Shown: positions 16,168-21,351 of the stretch, one piece after another
How the letters are laid out: each line of letters starts with the position of its first letter
Position numbering within the stretch: position 1 is the stretch's first letter
Sequence record: OZ038340.1
Reading direction: 5' to 3' (one strand)
Length of the DNA stretch: 24,000 nt
Source: Tegunavirus sp. BRC001
Made by a program: the position numbers and the translations under genes
Notes under the pieces: generated by a model
Database searches by the model: none
Told to the model about the DNA's origin: nothing
The model's input: only the letters and a program-made list of their open reading frames with translations

Positions 16168-16770
16168 ATGAAAGATAATAAAACATTTGTACGGTTGACA
16201 AATATTCCGCCACGATTAATGTCAATCAGAGACCTATCTGCTGAATCTAGAGAAAAGGTTCATGATACCGTAAGTTATGCAATGAGTCAAAATTCCGAAA
16301 CTGATATAAAACAAGTCACAGAACGCTGTGTCATTGCTATATTGGCCGAGCAGTATGTCGCAGAATGGTTAAATGGCCATGTTATGCACGGCGAAGAAGA
16401 CTTAGAAGACCCGTGGACATATGCATTCGATGTTTTGGCTGGTCCTGAATATTACGGGATGCGTGTAGAAGTTAAGACTCATCAATCTGCTTCAAAATAC
16501 ATAACAGTAAACACAGGCCATGCAGAGCCATTTAAGGGTAGCACAGGCATAAACCTGCGTCCATTCATAGAGCAACCTCAAGCAGATTTAATTATCATAT
16601 TTGACACAGAGAGACAACCTACAGGATGGCTAATAAAACCATATATGCTCAGCGATAAAGATTCCTTGATGTATCCTGGAATCATTGTCAGGTCTAAATT
16701 TGATGGGTACTACATCAACCAATATGTTAACACAGTAACTAAAAATAAATTGAATATTTTTTATTTTTAG
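16168..16770 (+). CDS. Putative PD-(D/E)XK-like nuclease
   Basis: 200 aa with AFDVLAGPEYYGMRVEVKTHQS (D...ExK pattern) and an upstream conserved-type helix. It lies in the denB-ndd neighbourhood, but I cannot assign it to denB. Confidence 0.45.
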   Translation: MKDNKTFVRLTNIPPRLMSIRDLSAESREKVHDTVSYAMSQNSETDIKQVTERCVIAILAEQYVAEWLNGHVMHGEEDLEDPWTYAFDVLAGPEYYGMRVEVKTHQSASKYITVNTGHAEPFKGSTGINLRPFIEQPQADLIIIFDTERQPTGWLIKPYMLSDKDSLMYPGIIVRSKFDGYYINQYVNTVTKNKLNIFYF

Positions 16771-16772
16771 TA

Positions 16773-16801
16773 TTTACAATCTAAATCGCATGTAGTATAA
16801 T
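16773..16801 (+). promoter_or_regulatory. Early promoter upstream of ndd
   Basis: TTTACA (16773-16778), N17, TATAAT (16796-16801), N5, TATCAA. Confidence 0.82.
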
Positions 16802-16832
16802 TGCAATATCAAAACCTAAACCGGAAATTGAA

Positions 16833-17291
16833 ATGAACAAATCACTTATGATGTTAAAGGACCTTCGCCTTGTTAAAGGACAATTTATTGCACGCTTAAC
16901 TGCTAAAGGTGCGTTGTATGAGCCACATACAACTGAACCGCCAGTATCTGATCTTAACAAAGCTGGATTCTATTTCTTTGTTCACACTAATCGTCAAGAA
17001 GTATATGCTCGATTCTATGTTGGACGTCAACGTACATCGTCTGGACTTCGAAATATTGTTTCACAAATTCGCTTACGTCGTTCAAAGACTGGCGATGCTC
17101 TAATGGATTCATTTTCGTCATTTGACATCTATTATGTTAGCTTGGATAAAATGAAAGCTATTACAAACGGCTTTGGTAAAGGTAAACTTGCGTTAGCTTT
17201 AACACGACAACATTCTGAAGGATTCCAAAATCTAGAAGAAATGAATCGTATGCTTAATGACAACTTTAAATTCCGTGCGCAGAAGTATTAA
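16833..17291 (+). CDS. ndd: Nucleoid disruption protein Ndd
   Basis: AGFYFFVHTN...ARFYVGRQRTSSGLRNIVSQIRLRRS and NGFGKGKLALALTRQHSEGFQNLEEMNRMLNDNFKF match T4 Ndd. Confidence 0.93.
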   Translation: MNKSLMMLKDLRLVKGQFIARLTAKGALYEPHTTEPPVSDLNKAGFYFFVHTNRQEVYARFYVGRQRTSSGLRNIVSQIRLRRSKTGDALMDSFSSFDIYYVSLDKMKAITNGFGKGKLALALTRQHSEGFQNLEEMNRMLNDNFKFRAQKY

Positions 17292-17438
17292 ATGAAATCT
17301 GCAATAGTTTTGTTGGCAATTGCGATTTCGTTATTCGATCTTGCAACAAATGGACCAGTAGATAATAAGTTCTTTATAGCGGATATGGTAGCCTTATTCT
17401 CTGGAACATTATGGTTTTTACTCGGAGGCTCAAAATGA
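17292..17438 (+). CDS. 48-aa membrane protein (not in ORF track)
   Basis: ATG at 17292, immediately after the ndd stop: MKSAIVLLAIAISLFDLATNGPVDNKFFIADMVALFSGTLWFLLGGSK. Confidence 0.55.
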   Translation: MKSAIVLLAIAISLFDLATNGPVDNKFFIADMVALFSGTLWFLLGGSK

Positions 17439-17593
17439 GCACAAATCAATTCATTGCTTTATTTTTAATGTTTCTATACTCGATTGTGCGATCTTTGATG
17501 CCGCCTATGGATTTTGCTGATCCTGGGTATCTATTTGGACTAGCTATTGTGTCGTATATCACATACGTAATTTGCTTTAAGCTGGTCAAATAG
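17435..17593 (+). CDS. 52-aa membrane protein
   Basis: ATG at 17435 overlaps the previous TGA (ATGA): MSTNQFIALFLMFLYSIVRSLMPPMDFADPGYLFGLAIVSYITYVICFKLVK. The track start at 17411 is upstream of the likely start. Confidence 0.6.
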   Translation: MSTNQFIALFLMFLYSIVRSLMPPMDFADPGYLFGLAIVSYITYVICFKLVK

Positions 17594-17615
17594 CATACTT
17601 TTAATTTAAAATTCT

Positions 17616-17644
17616 AACTGGTTAAGTTTCATGCTTAACCAGTT
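17616..17644 (+). terminator. Hairpin terminator overlapping a candidate promoter
   Basis: AACTGGTTAAG-TTTCATG-CTTAACCAGTT followed by TTG. Confidence 0.6.
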
Positions 17645-17657
17645 TTGTGTTTATAAT
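17630..17657 (+). promoter_or_regulatory. Candidate MotA-dependent middle promoter for gene 52
   Basis: CATGCTTAA (17630-17638), 13 nt, TATAAT (17652-17657). Confidence 0.4.
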
Positions 17658-17682
17658 AGACAAAAATACAGAGGAACCATTT

Positions 17683-19026
17683 ATGCAAAATATCGAACGC
17701 GAACTATCAGATATTATTGATGTAGAAGCAAAAGCTTATGCAATGTACACTGTTGAAAACCGTGCAATTCCTAACATGATTGACGGATTCAAACCTGTAC
17801 AACGATTCATGATTTATCGTGCAATTCAGCTGTCAAAAGGCAATAAAGATAAAATGCACAAATTAGCTTCAGTTGCAGGTGGTGTAGCTGATGCTGGGTA
17901 TCATCATGGTGAAAACTCAGCTCAAGAAGCTGGTGCACTAATGGCCAACACGTGGAATAACAACTTCCCGTTCTTAGATGGGCAAGGTAACTTTGGATCT
18001 CGTCTCGTTCAAGAGGCTGCAGCATCTCGTTATATTTTCTGTCGTATATCAGAAAATTTCAATAAGGTCTTTAAAGATATTGAAATTGCTCCAGAACATG
18101 AAGATAAAGAGCATATGCCTCCGAAGTTCTATTTGCCAGTCATCCCTACTGTGTTGCTAAATGGTGTCCGCGGTATTGCAACAGGCTACTCTACATCTAT
18201 TTTGCCACATAGTTTTGAATCAGTTGTACATTGTACAAAGAAAGCACTTGAAGGCAACCTTACGATTGAGCCTCAAGTTGCATTCCCGGAGTTCAACGGT
18301 GAAGTTCGTTACATTGAACCAGGCAAATATGAATTACATGGTGTTTATGAAATTACTTCAAAAACACAAATGTACATTTCTGAGATCCCGTACTCTTGGG
18401 ATCGTGCAAAATATGTAGAAAAGGTATTAGATCCTCTAGAAGATGCAGGACTCATTTCATATGATGACGACTGCTCAAAGAAAGGTTTTGGATTTAAAGT
18501 CAAGTTCCGCAAAGACTACAAACTTCCAGAATCCGAAGATGCACTAGATGAAAAGATCAAACGTGATTTCAAACTTGTCGAACGTGTTTCTCAAAACATC
18601 GTAGTCATTGACGAAAATGGCAAGCTTAATGACAAATTTGAAACTGCCGCTCCGTTAATTGAGCATTTTGTTAAAGTTCGTTTAAAATTTGTAGAAAAAC
18701 GAATTGAATACATGAAACAGCGCGCTGAACAAACATTTAAATTGGCTATTGCTAAGGCACTTTTCATCAGAGAAGTTAATGCAGGCAATATTTCAATTAA
18801 AGGTAAAACACGAAGTGAACTCAAATCTGAGTTATCGAAAACTTCAGTGTTTGAAGGATTTGAAGATCAATTAGTATCAATGAACATCTATCATATGACA
18901 GATGACGAAGTAGAAAATCTTAAAGCCAAGGCTCATGAAGCTAAAGCAGATCTAGACTATTGGCAAACCACTACGGCTAAAGCAGAATACGCTAAAGATT
19001 TAGAAGAGCTTTCTACTCTTAAATGA
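17683..19026 (+). CDS. 52: DNA topoisomerase II medium (DNA-cleaving) subunit gp52
   Basis: AYAMYTVENRAIPNMIDGFKPVQRFMIYRAI, GQGNFGSRLVQEAAASRYIF. ATG at 17683 with GAGGAACC upstream is a better start than the track GTG at 17647, which overlaps the predicted -10. Confidence 0.96.
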   Translation: MQNIERELSDIIDVEAKAYAMYTVENRAIPNMIDGFKPVQRFMIYRAIQLSKGNKDKMHKLASVAGGVADAGYHHGENSAQEAGALMANTWNNNFPFLDGQGNFGSRLVQEAAASRYIFCRISENFNKVFKDIEIAPEHEDKEHMPPKFYLPVIPTVLLNGVRGIATGYSTSILPHSFESVVHCTKKALEGNLTIEPQVAFPEFNGEVRYIEPGKYELHGVYEITSKTQMYISEIPYSWDRAKYVEKVLDPLEDAGLISYDDDCSKKGFGFKVKFRKDYKLPESEDALDEKIKRDFKLVERVSQNIVVIDENGKLNDKFETAAPLIEHFVKVRLKFVEKRIEYMKQRAEQTFKLAIAKALFIREVNAGNISIKGKTRSELKSELSKTSVFEGFEDQLVSMNIYHMTDDEVENLKAKAHEAKADLDYWQTTTAKAEYAKDLEELSTLK

Positions 19027-19029
19027 TTA

Positions 19030-19053
19030 AAAAGGGACCATTTGGTCCCTTTT
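19030..19053 (+). terminator. Intrinsic terminator
   Basis: AAAAGGGACC-ATTT-GGTCCCTTTT, 3 nt after the gene 52 stop. Confidence 0.85.
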
Positions 19054-19057
19054 GCTG

Positions 19058-19086
19058 TTTACATTGTTAGTTAATTTTGTTATTAT
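19058..19086 (+). promoter_or_regulatory. Early promoter for motA
   Basis: TTTACA (19058-19063), N17, TATTAT (19081-19086), N5, TATCAA. Confidence 0.85.
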
Positions 19087-19115
19087 AGTCTTATCAACTA
19101 ATTGGAACAAAATAA

Positions 19116-19733
19116 ATGGATAAATTGTTTTATATGGCTCAAGCGGCCAAACAATTGAATCTTGACAAAACACCAGGTGATCAAGCCTTAAATTGTTTAT
19201 TGAAACTATATGGTACTCAATATCATTCTAAAGATGAAATAGGTGAACACCTGGATGAATTGATTGAATTCAATCTTGTCGATGAATCTAACGAGATGTA
19301 CATCATTTCTATTTTTGGTGATGAACTTGTTGAAAATGCAATGAAGTTATTTGTTGAAGCAGAACGCCCGGACTTACTTGTCAAACGCACAGGCTCAAAC
19401 AAACGTGAAATCACTGAAGACATGGAATCGTGCCGAGATCATGCAGTAGAGTATATTAAAGGCAAAATTGAAATAAAAGATGTCAGTGTTAGTCGTAGTA
19501 ATATTTTCTTATTCTTTGAAAAACGATGCAAAGGCATTGGATGTATTGAAATCAAAAATAAACCGGAAATTCGTGTTTGTATTCGTAAGCCATCGCAAGA
19601 AACTATTGACTTATTTGCATCAATCGGTATGTCATACCGCTCTACACCTGCACAAACATACTTCGATATGCCACGTACAATCGAAAATATCGAAATCTTA
19701 ATTGACACTATTGTAAACTATTTTAACTCTTAA
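19116..19733 (+). CDS. motA: MotA middle-transcription activator
   Basis: ENAMKLFVEAERPDLLVKRTGSNKREITEDMESCRDHAVEYI and VSVSRSNIFLFFEKRCKGIGCIEIKNK align with T4 MotA; located next to asiA. Confidence 0.88.
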   Translation: MDKLFYMAQAAKQLNLDKTPGDQALNCLLKLYGTQYHSKDEIGEHLDELIEFNLVDESNEMYIISIFGDELVENAMKLFVEAERPDLLVKRTGSNKREITEDMESCRDHAVEYIKGKIEIKDVSVSRSNIFLFFEKRCKGIGCIEIKNKPEIRVCIRKPSQETIDLFASIGMSYRSTPAQTYFDMPRTIENIEILIDTIVNYFNS

Positions 19734-19744
19734 GGAACTCTATC

Positions 19745-20020
19745 ATGGTATTTGAAACTCTCGCTGAGATCGCTGCTGTTGTATCAATTCTTATCAAATT
19801 TGGACATGATGACATTATTGAAGATAAAAACTTATTCATTGCATTTTTGAATGAACTTGGCATTACTATTAACGGCAAAAAGGTTACCGCTGGCAACCTT
19901 TTTAATTTGACACAAGATATCACGAATCGTCAAAAAGAACAACTTATCGCAGAATTTAATATTGGACATGCTCCAATTTATAAAAAATTAGCAATGTATA
20001 CAAACACCGCTAAATTTTAA
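19745..20020 (+). CDS. asiA: AsiA anti-sigma70 / co-activator
   Basis: VVSILIKFGHDDIIEDKNLFIAFLNELGITINGKKV...EQLIAEFNIGHAPIYKKLAMYTN aligns with T4 AsiA over nearly its full length. Confidence 0.93.
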   Translation: MVFETLAEIAAVVSILIKFGHDDIIEDKNLFIAFLNELGITINGKKVTAGNLFNLTQDITNRQKEQLIAEFNIGHAPIYKKLAMYTNTAKF

Positions 20021-20743
20021 TTATCTAGCACGTCCTATTGCTCTAGCGGCTTGGTTACATATTGAATCAAGTCGCTTTTGGGCAATTCGAGGGCGTTCGT
20101 ACCAATACATTGCCACCGACCCAGAATAGATGTTATCTAAGTTAAAGTACGGACAACTGTACATATATGCAACACCTTTGACATCTTCTGTAGTCGGCAA
20201 ATAGTTAAATTCTGAATCAGATGAAAATGATTGCCCAGAAAGATGAGCTATATATTCATTTGATGTTTTGTCAACTGGATATCCACCGGTATTTTTAGGA
20301 TCAACTGAAGGAGGAATTTTGCCTTCATATACTTCTAGATCTACAAAATAATTTAAGTTTTTAGGGCGGAAAACATATACGCCAGAAAAATCTGCATTTG
20401 ATGCTACATGCAGGCTTTGAAGTTGTTCCTGAATTGTTGCATTAAATCGCTTATTTCGTTCGGCTTGAAGTGCTTGTGCATAATTTTCAAATGATGCATC
20501 CACATATAGTTTTCCTATGGCATCACTCTTTACCCAAATCATGACCATAATAAAGACTGCAAATAATGCTGCCACTCTTGAAGCTAACACTTTGCCAGTA
20601 GCTCCATCTTTGAATAAGATGTCTAAAAGGCCAAAGATAAAATCAAATATAGGCAATATGTTTCTACGTGATTCACGATTTTCAGGTGTAAGTGTGCCAT
20701 CTTCTACTTGGGTAGAGGGTTGTTGGGCTTTGTTAGTGTTCAT
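20021..20743 (-). CDS. t: Holin gp t
   Basis: FIFGLLDILFKDGATGKVLASRVAALFAVFIMVMIW, VYVFRPKNLNYFVDLEVYEGKIP, GGYPVDKTSNEY and YMYSCPYFNLDNIYSG match T4 holin T. Confidence 0.96.
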   Translation of the reverse strand: MNTNKAQQPSTQVEDGTLTPENRESRRNILPIFDFIFGLLDILFKDGATGKVLASRVAALFAVFIMVMIWVKSDAIGKLYVDASFENYAQALQAERNKRFNATIQEQLQSLHVASNADFSGVYVFRPKNLNYFVDLEVYEGKIPPSVDPKNTGGYPVDKTSNEYIAHLSGQSFSSDSEFNYLPTTEDVKGVAYMYSCPYFNLDNIYSGSVAMYWYERPRIAQKRLDSICNQAARAIGRAR

Positions 20744-20770
20744 GGTTATAGGTTTAGGTTTTAATAGGAA

Positions 20771-20782
20771 TATTTATAAATA
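20771..20782. promoter_or_regulatory. Bidirectional late promoter
   Basis: Perfect palindrome TATTTATAAATA: minus-strand TATAAATA (20778..20771) faces t and plus-strand TATAAATA (20775..20782) faces the 20806 ORF. Confidence 0.75.
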
Positions 20783-20805
20783 ATTCCGATTTAAAGGAGA
20801 AATCA

Positions 20806-21321
20806 ATGAAATTTGAAGATGTTAAAGTAGGCCAAGTTGTTAATTGGTACAACAACTACGAAGGCACAAATTTTAAAAATATTGTAGCATTTAAAAACTC
20901 TACAACAGGTAAGATCTTGGTGTACCGAATAATGCAAGAAAATAATTCGCCTTCTAGATATACATATTTAGGAGCACCTATTGAATTGTTTCCATCGGAA
21001 CTTAGTCTTGATAGCCAGCCAGATCCTAGAAAAGTTTTCCAATACTTTAAATTTATTGTTAATGATCATCAAGAAAAGACAATATATGAGACATTAGGAT
21101 ACAATTTTGATAATATTCATAATCAGCCCGTACCGAATGAGTTTCCATTTTATTATGCACAGGTGTATGACACGTGGAATTATTTTTATACTAAGGAAGA
21201 GTATGACAACATTCTTTTGCCGCAATTTAAACTTGACGGGACAAATTTAGTATTAGATTATGATTATGGGTATGTCAAATGTGGCACAACACTTTTAAAA
21301 TTGTCTGATGTAGAAAAATAA
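20806..21321 (+). CDS. Hypothetical protein, probably late-expressed
   Basis: 171 aa ORF with AAAGGAG 8 nt upstream of the ATG, its own late promoter and a strong terminator directly after the stop. Confidence 0.8.
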   Translation: MKFEDVKVGQVVNWYNNYEGTNFKNIVAFKNSTTGKILVYRIMQENNSPSRYTYLGAPIELFPSELSLDSQPDPRKVFQYFKFIVNDHQEKTIYETLGYNFDNIHNQPVPNEFPFYYAQVYDTWNYFYTKEEYDNILLPQFKLDGTNLVLDYDYGYVKCGTTLLKLSDVEK

Positions 21322-21348
21322 AAATGGGAGCCCTAGGGCTCCCATTTT
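21321..21348. terminator. Bidirectional terminator between convergent genes
   Basis: 28-nt perfect palindrome AAAATGGGAGCCCTAGGGCTCCCATTTT. Confidence 0.9.
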
Positions 21349-21351
21349 GTG

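Noticed and set aside
17647-17682. GTG start of gene 52 as given in the track
   Set aside because: It overlaps the predicted -10 (17652-17657); ATG 17683 has a GAGGAACC Shine-Dalgarno sequence and fits the T4 gp52 N-terminus better.
18161-18418. Plus-strand out-of-frame ORFs inside gene 52 (17978..18160, 18161..18418) and the minus ORFs 17807..18025 and 18591..18824
   Set aside because: All overlap conserved gp52 coding sequence in other frames; no independent signals.
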